This document shows, one piece after another, positions 1 to 9,381 of a stretch of 38,502 bases of DNA (positions are counted from its first letter, which is position 1; each line of letters opens with the position of its first letter). The notes under the pieces were generated by a model. The model worked only from the letters and a program-made list of their open reading frames with translations, was not told the DNA's origin and ran no database searches. A program made the translations under genes and the position numbers. Source of the DNA: an uncultured Hyphomonadaceae bacterium (GTDB lineage Bacteria > Pseudomonadota > Alphaproteobacteria > Caulobacterales > Hyphomonadaceae); NCBI GenBank assembly GCA_964644395.1, contig CAZXWB010000001.1, positions 1-38,502 on the forward strand, given 5' to 3'.

Positions 1-1
1 C

Positions 2-55
2 CGGTCGCCGGGCGGCGAGCCCACTGCCGCGGAGACGCTGCGCGCCGTGAGCTAA
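2..55 (+). CDS. 3' end of an unidentified CDS (partial, runs off the left edge)
   Basis: Frame 2 is open from the window edge to TAA at 53-55. Its 17 codons almost all end in G/C, like the neighbouring genes. It is too short to identify. Confidence 0.25.
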   Translation, partial: RSPGGEPTAAETLRAVS

Positions 56-59
56 CGAA

Positions 60-144
<85 letters not shown>

Positions 145-197
145 ACATGGCCCGGATACGGCCATACGCCGAGCCAAAGGGCGTCGCAAGGGTGGCC

Positions 198-1754
198 TCA
201 AGCTTGCCGGTGATCCTGCCCGGCCCGCAGCGCGGCCAGGCAGGCGGGCACCTGCTCCGGCAGGTCCTCGGCGATCAGGCCCGGCCCGAACCGCAGGCCC
301 GCATCCCCATGCAGCCAGGTTGCCGCGCATGCCGCAGCAAAGGGGTCCATGCCCTGGGCGAGGAGCCCACCGATCAGGCCGGCCAGCACGTCACCGGCCC
401 CGGCCGTGGCCAGCCAGGGGGTTGCATGGGCATTGATGGCGGCGCGTCCATCGGGCGCTGCAATACAGGTGCTCGGCCCTTTCAGCAAGATGACGGCGCC
501 GGACCGGGCGGCGGCTGCGCAGGCCGCATCAAGAGGACTGGCAGCGTCGCCCGCCACGTCGGCAAAGATTCGGGCGAACTCGCCGGCATGGGGAGTGAGC
601 ACCGCACGATCGTGCAGCCGGTTGCAGAATTCATCGGGCCCGCCCGCGAAAACCGTCAGCGCATCGGCATCGAGCACGACCGGTTTGCCGGTTTCCAGAC
701 AGGACAACACTCTCGCCTTGGTCTCGTCGTTGACGCCATTGGCAGGACCTATGACGAGGGCGTGGTCGTCGCCGCTGGTCTGCGCGAACGCCTCCACGCC
801 ATCAAATGCGCGGACCATGACCGCCTCGCTCGCGATCGAGAGCACCAGTGTCGCCGATGGCGGGCAACGCAGGGTCACGAGACCGGCACCGATGCGCAAC
901 CCTGCGCGAGCGGCGAGCCGCGCCGCCCCGGTGGCCGAGGCCGTGCCCGACACCACGCCGAGGCGGCCGCGGCGGTGCTTGTGGGTCTCAGGGCCTGGCC
1001 AGGGAAATTCCGACAGCCATGGCGCCGGCGTGTTCTCGAAAACCGGTCCCGAAACCTGCGCCAAGATGTCGGCTCCGATGCCGATATCGCGTACGACAGT
1101 CTCGCCGCAGAGCCCGCGACCCGGCATGAGCAGGTGTCCGGGCTTCATGGCCGCGAAGGTCACCGTCGCCGCCGCCGTCACATGGGCACCCTCGGGGCGT
1201 CCGGTGTCGCCCGGAACGCCCGAGGGCATGTCCACGGCGAGGACGGCATGTTGGCCCAGGCCCTCGGCAAGCGCTGCGTAAATGCCCTCTAGCGGACGGG
1301 CCAGCCCGGCACCGAACAGCGCATCCACCACAAAAACGTCGCGCGGCAGTTCCAGCGCGGCCTCTAGCGGTGCGATCCCTCCCTGCCAGGCTTCACGCGC
1401 GGCGCGCGCCTCATCGCTGATACCACCGGCCACGGGGCCGGCATGGACGTGTACTTCGCATCCCCGAGTGACGAGTTCCCTCGCCGCAACGAACCCGTCG
1501 CCGCCATTGTTGCCCGGACCGCACAAGACATGGATGGGCCGCCCGTCATGGCGCTTGAGCGCCTCTTCCGCGACGGCCCGCCCGGCGCGCGCCATGAGCA
1601 CGTCCATACCGCCCTCCTTCGCAGCGGCGATCCGGTCGGCGGCAGCCATTTCGGAGGTACGAACGATTTGCTTCACTGCGGGCGATACCTTTCCCTTTGA
1701 CGTACTGAACGATTTCTGCGCAGAATCGCCGCCCCCTGCCCGGTCTTCGACCAC
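198..1754 (-). CDS. nnr: Bifunctional NAD(P)H-hydrate repair enzyme (YjeF_N epimerase plus ADP-dependent dehydratase)
   Basis: The 518-aa ORF has a YjeF N-terminal pattern (LMARAGRAVAEE...VLCGPGNNGGDGFV) and a C-terminal carbohydrate-kinase-like dehydratase domain (GTASATGAARLAA...LATAGAGDVLAG). The start is uncertain: similarity begins near IVRTSEMAAADR, so a GTG at 1676 is a plausible alternative. Confidence 0.85.
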   Translation of the reverse strand: MVEDRAGGGDSAQKSFSTSKGKVSPAVKQIVRTSEMAAADRIAAAKEGGMDVLMARAGRAVAEEALKRHDGRPIHVLCGPGNNGGDGFVAARELVTRGCEVHVHAGPVAGGISDEARAAREAWQGGIAPLEAALELPRDVFVVDALFGAGLARPLEGIYAALAEGLGQHAVLAVDMPSGVPGDTGRPEGAHVTAAATVTFAAMKPGHLLMPGRGLCGETVVRDIGIGADILAQVSGPVFENTPAPWLSEFPWPGPETHKHRRGRLGVVSGTASATGAARLAARAGLRIGAGLVTLRCPPSATLVLSIASEAVMVRAFDGVEAFAQTSGDDHALVIGPANGVNDETKARVLSCLETGKPVVLDADALTVFAGGPDEFCNRLHDRAVLTPHAGEFARIFADVAGDAASPLDAACAAAARSGAVILLKGPSTCIAAPDGRAAINAHATPWLATAGAGDVLAGLIGGLLAQGMDPFAAACAATWLHGDAGLRFGPGLIAEDLPEQVPACLAALRAGQDHRQA

Positions 1755-1778
1755 CCCGCCCGTCGCGACCCCCTGATA

Positions 1779-1794
1779 CGGTGCGCCAATTGCC
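1779..1794 (+). promoter_or_regulatory. Possible sigma-54 (-24/-12) promoter element upstream of glnB
   Basis: cGGtgcgccaatTGCc has the GG-N10-GC spacing of the TGGCAC-N5-TTGC consensus and sits about 60 nt upstream of the glnB start. This is a single-site match by eye only. Confidence 0.25.
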
Positions 1795-1815
1795 AGCCCG
1801 GGGCCGCTTCATTAA

Positions 1816-2193
<378 letters not shown>

Positions 2194-2263
2194 TCGGGCA
2201 TTTCCTGCGCGCTGGACCTTCGGCCGATTGCGCGCCGGTGTTCAGCGCGCTTCATTCATGACA

Positions 2264-2280
2264 GACACCTCGGAGGTGTC
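2264..2280 (+). other. Short stem-loop in the glnB-glnA spacer
   Basis: GACACCT-CGG-AGGTGTC forms a 7-bp stem with no following U-tract. It lies 30 nt upstream of the glnA GTG, just before the SD-like CAGGAGGG. Confidence 0.3.
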
Positions 2281-2310
2281 GAACCAGACCCACTCAGGAG
2301 GGATAATCAC

Positions 2311-3714
2311 GTGTCAGACGACATTCTCAAACTCATCGCCGACAAGGACGCACAGTTCGTCGAGCTGCGCTTCACCGACCCGCGCGGCAAGATGCAACAC
2401 GTCACCTTCGACAAGTCCATGTGCGACGCCGACTTCTTCTCCGACGGCTCCATGTTCGACGGCTCCTCGGTGGCCGGCTGGAAGGCGATCAACGAGTCCG
2501 ACATGACGCTTATGCCGGACAATGCCACGGCGATGATCGATCCCTTCTACCAGCAGACCACCGTCGCGATCTTCTGCGATATCCTCGATCCGATGACGGG
2601 CCAGCCCTACAATCGTGACCCGCGCACCACCGCCAAGAAGGCCGAGACCTATCTGAAATCCTCAGGTGTCGGCACGACGGCCTTCTTCGGCCCCGAGGCG
2701 GAATTCTTCGTTTTCGATGACGTGCGCTGGAACACCGACGCACACAAGACCGGATACGAGTTCGACTCCACCGAACTGCCCGCCAATACGGGCAAGGAAT
2801 ACGAAATGGGCAATATGGGCCACCGTCCGGGCCCGAAGGGTGGCTATTTCCCGGTCCCGCCGGTGGACAGCGAACAGGACATGCGTTCGGAAATGCTGTC
2901 GGTCATGGGCGAGATCGGCCTGGAGCCGGAAAAACACCACCATGAAGTGGCACCCGCCCAGCATGAGCTCGGCATGAAATTCTCCACGCTGACGTCGATG
3001 GCCGACCGCCTGCAACTCTACAAGTATGTGATCCACAATGTGGCCCACAGCTATGGCAAGTCGGCGACCTTTATGCCGAAGCCTTATTACAACGACAATG
3101 GCTCGGGCATGCACGTGCACCAGTCCATCTGGAACGGCGACACGCCGCTTTTTGCCGGCGACCGCTATGCCGACCTGTCGGAGGCCTGCCTCTTTTATAT
3201 CGGCGGCATCATCAAGCACGCCCGCGCCATCAATGCCTTCGCCAATGCCACGACGAACAGCTACAAGCGGCTTGTCCCCGGCTTCGAGGCACCGGTGCTG
3301 CTGGCCTATTCCGCCCGCAACCGTTCCGCCTCCGTGCGGATCCCCTACTCGCCCTCACCGAAGGGCAAGCGCCTGGAAACCCGCTTCCCCGATGCCGCCG
3401 GCAATCCCTACCTCACCTTCACGGCCCTGCTGATGGCGGGCCTCGACGGGATCGAGAACCGGATCGATCCGGGCGACGCGATGGACAAGGACCTCTATGC
3501 CCTGCCGCCGGAGGAACTGAAGGACATTCCCACCGTCTGCGCCTCCCTTCGGGAAGCGCTGGATGCCCTCGATGCCGACCGGGACTTCCTGAAGAAGGGC
3601 GGCGTCATGGATGACGACCAGATCGACGCCTATATCGAACTCAAGATGGAAGAGGTGGAGCGTTTCGAAACCCATCCCCACCCCGTCGAGTTCGACATGT
3701 ACTACAAGTGCTAG
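2311..3714 (+). CDS. glnA: Glutamine synthetase, type I
   Basis: 467 aa with a GTG start. GSI hallmarks are present throughout, for example [10 protein letters not shown] and the adenylylation-loop motif [11 protein letters not shown] (Tyr397 equivalent). Confidence 0.97.
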   Translation: MSDDILKLIADKDAQFVELRFTDPRGKMQHVTFDKSMCDADFFSDGSMFDGSSVAGWKAINESDMTLMPDNATAMIDPFYQQTTVAIFCDILDPMTGQPYNRDPRTTAKKAETYLKSSGVGTTAFFGPEAEFFVFDDVRWNTDAHKTGYEFDSTELPANTGKEYEMGNMGHRPGPKGGYFPVPPVDSEQDMRSEMLSVMGEIGLEPEKHHHEVAPAQHELGMKFSTLTSMADRLQLYKYVIHNVAHSYGKSATFMPKPYYNDNGSGMHVHQSIWNGDTPLFAGDRYADLSEACLFYIGGIIKHARAINAFANATTNSYKRLVPGFEAPVLLAYSARNRSASVRIPYSPSPKGKRLETRFPDAAGNPYLTFTALLMAGLDGIENRIDPGDAMDKDLYALPPEELKDIPTVCASLREALDALDADRDFLKKGGVMDDDQIDAYIELKMEEVERFETHPHPVEFDMYYKC

Positions 3715-3776
3715 GGACCGGGTTACGGACGCTGGTGCAGCGCTGAGCTTGCCCCGGCAAGCACGACATACAAGTG

Positions 3777-3810
3777 GTGTCCGGCGTGTCAGGCCGGGCA
3801 CCCCTTTTCT
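3777..3810 (+). terminator. Rho-independent terminator after glnA
   Basis: GUGUCCGGC-GUGUCAG-GCCGGGCAC forms a 9-bp stem (one G-U pair) followed by CCCUUUUCU. It lies 63 nt after the glnA stop. Confidence 0.55.
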
Positions 3811-3875
3811 CCTCAGAGCCGGTGCGCTGGCGCTTTATGGTGTATTTTGGGCAACACAGCGCTATCCTGGCGGCC

Positions 3876-4487
3876 ATGCGAATGCTGTCCCTCACCATTC
3901 TCGTCCTTGCCCTGTCGGCCTGCGCCACGACGCCGCCAAGCCGGACCGAGCAGGCCGACATCTGCGACATCTTCGATGACCGGAAGGACTGGTTCCGGGC
4001 GACGGCGCGGTCGGAGGAACGCTGGGGCGTGCCCATTGCCACCCAGATGGCGGTGATCCGCTTCGAGAGCGGATTTGACGATGATGCCCGCCCGGCGCGT
4101 GGCAAACGGCGTGTCCTCGGCCTGTTGCCGGGCAAGCGCCCCTCCTCGGCCTATGGCTATGCCCAGGCCATCGACGGGACCTGGCAACAGTACAAGCGCG
4201 AGACCGGGCGGAGCGGCGCCGACCGGGACGATTTCGATGACGCGGTGGATTTCATCGGTTGGTATGGATCAAAAGCCGCGACCGAGGCCGGTATCCGCAA
4301 GACCGACGCGGTGGCCTTCTACCTCACCTATCATGAGGGCTGGGCGGGCTATCGGCGCGGAAGCTGGAAGGGCAAGGACTGGCTGGTCAATACTGCGCGA
4401 CGCGTGGGCGAGACCGCCTATCGCTATGACCAGCAACTTGGCGGTTGCCGGAAGCAGCTCTCAAGGCGCGGCCTGTTCAGCTTCTGA
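3876..4487 (+). CDS. Lipoprotein with a lytic-transglycosylase (SLT)-like core, function unknown
   Basis: I take the internal ATG at 3876, because the longer ORF from 3774 would run through the glnA terminator. The N-terminus MRMLSLTILVLALSAC carries a lipobox. VIRFESGF...AYGYAQ resembles the ES...GLMQ catalytic region of SLT enzymes. Confidence 0.65.
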   Translation: MRMLSLTILVLALSACATTPPSRTEQADICDIFDDRKDWFRATARSEERWGVPIATQMAVIRFESGFDDDARPARGKRRVLGLLPGKRPSSAYGYAQAIDGTWQQYKRETGRSGADRDDFDDAVDFIGWYGSKAATEAGIRKTDAVAFYLTYHEGWAGYRRGSWKGKDWLVNTARRVGETAYRYDQQLGGCRKQLSRRGLFSF

Positions 4488-5792
4488 GGCCTTTTGCCGG
4501 GCCTTTTCCAGGCGTTTCAGGCGCGACTGCATGCCCATGAGCGCGGGCATGAGCGCCATGCCAAGCTTCGGGTCCTTGCCATCACCCATGCGCCAGAGCT
4601 GCGCCATGAAATAGCCCTGCTGTCCCCAGCCCGCCATGGTGCGCAACAGCGTCACCGGCGAGCGCGTCGAGAACCAACGCCCCGGCGCGATGCCCTTGGC
4701 CTTTTCAGGATCGGGCAAACTGGCAAGCGCGCCGGAGAGAAGCTGCGTCGGGGCGTCGGGACGGATACAGAGCGGCCGGGCCAGGCCGATCAGGTCGCAG
4801 GCCCCGGTCTGAAGGGCCGCATTCATGCCCTCTGCCGTGCGAAAGCCACCTGTGGCCATCACCGGCATGCGTGCGCGCGCCTTTACCGCCTTCGCATAGT
4901 CCACGAAATAGGCTTCGCGCGCCGCCGTCGATGCGCGCAGCCTTTCGCCATCATCGGGACGTGACTTGCCATCGACGCCCAGCATTTGCGGCTGTTCATA
5001 GGTCCCGCCGCTGATTTCGATGAAACATACATCCAGCGCATTGAGACGGTCGACGACGGCGAGGCAGTCCTCATGGCTGAATCCGCCCTTCTGGAAATCG
5101 GCGGAGTTGAGCTTGACCGCAACCGGGAAGTCCTCTCCCGCCGCCCGCCGGATCCGGCCGATCACCTCGACGAGGAAACGGACCCGGTTGTCAAAATGAC
5201 CGCCCCACTGGTCCCGCCTGCGGTTCGATCGCGGCGACAGGAATTGCGAAATCAGATAGCCATGGGCGGCATGGACCTGGACACCGTCAAAGCCCGTCTC
5301 CCGGGCGACCTTCGCGGCAAAGCCGAAACGCTGCACGGCATCCTCGACCTCTTCGGCTGTCATCGCCCGCGGCGGCGCGAAGGGATAGAGGGCACGGCCC
5401 GGCATGTCCATTGCCACCGCCGAGGGCGCCAGGGGGCGGTCGGACATCAGCTTCGGTGTCTGGCGCCCGGCATGGCTGAGCTGCATGAAGACCGGCGCCC
5501 CGCAGGACCGCGCCGCGCGTGCCAGCTCCGAGAGCCGCGCCTTCGCCTCCCTTCCGGTGCCAGGTTCGATGGCGATGTTGCCGGGCGCTTCGAGGCAGCG
5601 CCGGTCGACAAGCACATTGCCGGTGACCTGCAGGCCCGCACCGCCCGCCGCCCAGGTCCCGTAGAGGCGGACATGTGCGTCGGTGGCCCGGTTGCGTTCA
5701 TCGGCCAGGTTCTCCGTCATGGCCGCCTTGGCCAGGCGGTTCGGCAGTTCCAGGCCACCGGGCAGCTTGATTGGATCGGCGAACGTGACCAT
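4461..5792 (-). CDS. NADH:flavin oxidoreductase (Old Yellow Enzyme family) with a C-terminal extension
   Basis: 443 aa. It shows an OYE/2,4-dienoyl-CoA-reductase-like TIM-barrel pattern (LPNRLAKAAMTE...HAAHGYLISQFLSPRSNRR.DQWGG) plus an extra Met-rich tail of about 80 aa. Its 3' end overlaps the convergent lipoprotein gene by 27 nt. Confidence 0.85.
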   Translation of the reverse strand: MVTFADPIKLPGGLELPNRLAKAAMTENLADERNRATDAHVRLYGTWAAGGAGLQVTGNVLVDRRCLEAPGNIAIEPGTGREAKARLSELARAARSCGAPVFMQLSHAGRQTPKLMSDRPLAPSAVAMDMPGRALYPFAPPRAMTAEEVEDAVQRFGFAAKVARETGFDGVQVHAAHGYLISQFLSPRSNRRRDQWGGHFDNRVRFLVEVIGRIRRAAGEDFPVAVKLNSADFQKGGFSHEDCLAVVDRLNALDVCFIEISGGTYEQPQMLGVDGKSRPDDGERLRASTAAREAYFVDYAKAVKARARMPVMATGGFRTAEGMNAALQTGACDLIGLARPLCIRPDAPTQLLSGALASLPDPEKAKGIAPGRWFSTRSPVTLLRTMAGWGQQGYFMAQLWRMGDGKDPKLGMALMPALMGMQSRLKRLEKARQKASEAEQAAP

Positions 5793-5876
5793 GACTGGCA
5801 GAGCTTCCGCTTGCGGTTAACAGTGTGACGCGCCCATCATGGGCGCCTGCCGAATCAGTAGCCCGAGGTGACCGAC

Positions 5877-7877
5877 ATGGCCAATGAGCCGACGCCAAAA
5901 CTCTTCGAAGAAGACAGTAGCGCCGCGGCGGGCTACTCGGCCAAGGATATCGAGGTGCTGGAAGGCCTCGAACCGGTGCGCAAGCGCCCGGGCATGTATA
6001 TCGGCGGCACCGACGAGCGCGCCTACCACCACCTCTTCGCCGAAGTGCTCGACAATTCCATGGACGAAGCCGTGGCCGGCCATGCCAGCTGGATCGAGGT
6101 GTCGCTGACGGCCGACGGTTACCTCGCCGTGACCGACAATGGCCGCGGCATCCCCGTCGATCCACATCCGAAATTCCCGGAAAAGTCCGCCCTCGAAGTG
6201 ATCATGACCACGCTCCATGCGGGCGGAAAGTTCACCGACAAGGCCTATGCCACCGCCGGTGGCCTCCACGGCGTTGGCATTTCCGTCGTCAACGCGCTCT
6301 CATCGGAAGTCATCGTTGAGGTCGCGCGCGACCGGAAGCTCTACCGCCAGGTGTTCCGGCGCGGCCTGCCGGAAGGGTCGCTGGAACTCGTTGGCGCCGC
6401 TCCGAACCGCCGGGGCACGGTGCTCAAATTCCATCCCGACCCGGAAATTTTCGGCGACAAGCTCGCCTTCAGGCCGGCGCGGCTTTTCCGCATGTGCAAG
6501 TCGAAGGCTTATCTCAGCCCCGGCGTGGAAATCCGCTGGAGCTGCGAAGCGGCGCTGCTGCCGGAGGGCTCCGACGTGCCGGCCGCGACCACGCTCTGCT
6601 ATCCCAACGGACTGGCCGACCAGCTCGTCGAGACCATGGAGGGCAAGTCCACCATCACCGAAAGCCCCTTTGCCGGACGGGTGGAAACCGCCGACGGCAA
6701 GGTCGAATGGGCCATGGCCTGGACCGCGGCCGGCTTCGGCGACGCCGATGGCTCCACCCGCAGCTATTGCAACACCATCCCGACACCGGAGGGCGGCACC
6801 CATGAAGCCGGCCTGCGTTCCGCGATTACCAAGGGCCTGCGCGCCTATGGCGAGATGACGGGAAACAAGCGGGCCAGCATCATCACCGCCGATGATGTGA
6901 TGGGCTATGCCGGCATCCTCTTGTCGGTGTTCATCAAGCAGCCGGAATTCGTCGGCCAGACCAAGGACAAGCTGTCGTCCACCGGCGCCTTCCGCCTGGT
7001 GGAGAACGCTGTACGCGACCGCTTCGATCACTGGCTGACGGCCAATCCCAAGGAGAGCGACAAGCTGCTCGACTGGGCGGTGGAGCGGGCCGAGGAGCGC
7101 GTGAAGCGCCGCAAGCAGAAGGAAGTCTCGCGCCAGTCGGCAACCAAACGCCTCCGCCTGCCCGGGAAGCTTGCCGACTGTTCCGCCAAGGACCGGTCGG
7201 GCACGGAGATCTTCCTTGTGGAGGGCGATTCCGCCGGCGGCTCGGCCAAGCAGGCCCGAGACCGCGCGACCCAGGCGATCCTGCCCCTGCGCGGCAAGAT
7301 CCTGAACGTGGCGAGCGCCTCCGATGACAAGCTTTCGAAGAACCAGGAACTCTCCGACCTGACGCTGGCGCTCGGCACCGGGATCGGGTCCCGCTTCAGC
7401 CTAGACGACCTGCGCTATGAGCGCGTCATCATCATGACCGACGCCGACATTGATGGTGCCCACATCGCCTCGCTACTGATCACCTATTTCTACAGGATGA
7501 TGCCGGGGCTGATCGAGGCGGGGCGGCTCTACCTCGCCATGCCCCCGCTCTATCGCCTGAGCTACAAGGGCAAGACGGTCTACGCGATGGACGATGTCCA
7601 GAAATCGGAGCTGCTGGAACGAGAGTTCAAACCGAACCAGAAGGTCGAGATCGGCCGCTTCAAGGGCCTCGGCGAAATGAACCCGACCCAGCTCAAGGAA
7701 ACCACGATGAATCCGGACACGCGCATGCTGGCCCGGGTCACCCTGCCGCGTACCGATGAAGAGCGCGCCGAGCGCCGCCCGGCGGAGCTCGTGGAGGCGC
7801 TGATGGGACGCAAGCCGGAACTACGCTACCAGTTCATCCAGGACAATGCCCAGTTCGCCGGCGAACTTGACATCTGA
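5877..7877 (+). CDS. parE: DNA topoisomerase IV subunit B
   Basis: It has a GHKL ATPase N-terminus (LEPVRKRPGMYIGGT, EVLDNSMDEA), a Toprim region (EIFLVEGDSAGGSAKQ) and PLRGKILNV. Its length of about 666 aa lacks the GyrB insertion, which favours ParE. ATG 5877 has a GAGG 8 nt upstream; the ORF track starts at GTG 5868. Confidence 0.9.
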   Translation: MANEPTPKLFEEDSSAAAGYSAKDIEVLEGLEPVRKRPGMYIGGTDERAYHHLFAEVLDNSMDEAVAGHASWIEVSLTADGYLAVTDNGRGIPVDPHPKFPEKSALEVIMTTLHAGGKFTDKAYATAGGLHGVGISVVNALSSEVIVEVARDRKLYRQVFRRGLPEGSLELVGAAPNRRGTVLKFHPDPEIFGDKLAFRPARLFRMCKSKAYLSPGVEIRWSCEAALLPEGSDVPAATTLCYPNGLADQLVETMEGKSTITESPFAGRVETADGKVEWAMAWTAAGFGDADGSTRSYCNTIPTPEGGTHEAGLRSAITKGLRAYGEMTGNKRASIITADDVMGYAGILLSVFIKQPEFVGQTKDKLSSTGAFRLVENAVRDRFDHWLTANPKESDKLLDWAVERAEERVKRRKQKEVSRQSATKRLRLPGKLADCSAKDRSGTEIFLVEGDSAGGSAKQARDRATQAILPLRGKILNVASASDDKLSKNQELSDLTLALGTGIGSRFSLDDLRYERVIIMTDADIDGAHIASLLITYFYRMMPGLIEAGRLYLAMPPLYRLSYKGKTVYAMDDVQKSELLEREFKPNQKVEIGRFKGLGEMNPTQLKETTMNPDTRMLARVTLPRTDEERAERRPAELVEALMGRKPELRYQFIQDNAQFAGELDI

Positions 7878-7956
7878 TCCACGCAAACTCCGGGCAGGCT
7901 TGCCAATCGGTTTCGGCTGAAACAATCTGGCCCCGGAAAGATGAGGGCAGACCCCC

Positions 7957-9381
7957 ATGGATTTGAAGAGATGGGCCATGGCGGCCATCGCCGCTGGTCT
8001 TGTGTCGGCATGTGGTAATGGCGGCGGCGATGATGGCGGCAGCGAGACCCGCAATGACGGCGAGCGTGTCGAGATCAATCGCGACCCGTTTCCCTCAACC
8101 TATCAGCCCTATCCGTCGCAGACCACGCTGATCACCGGTGCCACCGTGCTCGATGGTGTCGGCGGACGCATCGAGGGCGGCGACGTGCTCATCGTTGATG
8201 GCAGGATCTCTGCGGTGGGCGAAGGGCTCGAGGCGCCCGAGGGCGCGCAGGTGATCGAGGCCGATGGCCGCTGGGTCACGCCCGGCATCATCGACAACCA
8301 CTCCCATCTCGGCGTCTACCCGTCGCCAAGCGTCAGCGCCCATGGCGACGGCAACGAGATTTCCGGGCCTGTGACGGCGGAGGTGTGGGCAGAACATGGC
8401 ATCTGGCCCCAGGATCCGGGCTTTTCCCGCGCCCTGGCCGGCGGCGTGACATCGCTCCAAATCCTGCCCGGCTCGGCAAACCTGTTCGGCGGGCGCGGCG
8501 TGACGCTGAAGAACGTCTATGGCCGCACCATGCAGGACATGAAGTTCCCCGGCGCGCCTTATACGCTGAAAATGGCCTGCGGCGAGAACCCGAAACGCGT
8601 CTATGGCTACGGCGCCGGTCGCTTCCCCGGCGGCGCCCCCTATTCGCGCATGGGCAATGTTGCCGGCTACCGGGCCGCCTGGATCGAGGCGACGGAATAC
8701 AAGCGCAAATGGGACAAGTATGCCGAGGATGGCGGCGACCCGCCCTCGCGCAATCTCGAACTCGACACGCTTTCCCGGGTGCTCGAAGGCGAGATCCTCG
8801 TGCACATGCACTGTTACCGCGCCGACGAGATGGCCATCGTGCTCGATATGGCTGAGGAGTTCGGCTATGAGGTCGCTTCCTTCCACCACGCCGTGGAGGC
8901 TTACAAGATCGCCGACCTCTTGGCTGAACACGGCGCCTGCGCATCCATGTGGGCCGACTGGTGGGGCTTCAAGATGGAAAGCTATGACGGCGTGCGCGAA
9001 AACATCCCCATGGTCCACGCCGCCGGCGGATGTTCCATCGTGCACTCCGATGACGCCCTTGGCATCCAGCGCCTGAACCAGGAAGCCGCCAAGGCATGGA
9101 GCGATGGCCGGCGCGCGGGCATCAACGTGCCCATCGAGGTGGCCTGGCAGTGGTTGTCGGCCAATCCGGCCAAGTCGCTCGGCATCTTCGAGGAGACCGG
9201 CTCACTGGAAGAAGGCAAGATGGCCGATGTCGTGGTCTGGTCGGGCGATCCGTTCAGCGTCTACACCCGCGCCGACCTCGTCTTCATCGACGGCGCGCTT
9301 CTGTATGAACGTGGAAATCCGGACCTGCGTCCGGTCAGCGATTTCGAGATCGGCCAGCCCGGCGAAGGAGACGTGAAATGA
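7957..9381 (+). CDS. Exported amidohydrolase-superfamily metallohydrolase (lipoprotein)
   Basis: 474 aa. The lipobox is AAGLVSAC. It has the HxH metal motif GIIDNHSHLG (8293-8307), further His motifs (VHMHC, SFHHA), HSDD, and the C-terminal GKMADVVVWSGDP typical of imidazolonepropionase/prolidase-like amidohydrolases. Confidence 0.85.
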   Translation: MDLKRWAMAAIAAGLVSACGNGGGDDGGSETRNDGERVEINRDPFPSTYQPYPSQTTLITGATVLDGVGGRIEGGDVLIVDGRISAVGEGLEAPEGAQVIEADGRWVTPGIIDNHSHLGVYPSPSVSAHGDGNEISGPVTAEVWAEHGIWPQDPGFSRALAGGVTSLQILPGSANLFGGRGVTLKNVYGRTMQDMKFPGAPYTLKMACGENPKRVYGYGAGRFPGGAPYSRMGNVAGYRAAWIEATEYKRKWDKYAEDGGDPPSRNLELDTLSRVLEGEILVHMHCYRADEMAIVLDMAEEFGYEVASFHHAVEAYKIADLLAEHGACASMWADWWGFKMESYDGVRENIPMVHAAGGCSIVHSDDALGIQRLNQEAAKAWSDGRRAGINVPIEVAWQWLSANPAKSLGIFEETGSLEEGKMADVVVWSGDPFSVYTRADLVFIDGALLYERGNPDLRPVSDFEIGQPGEGDVK

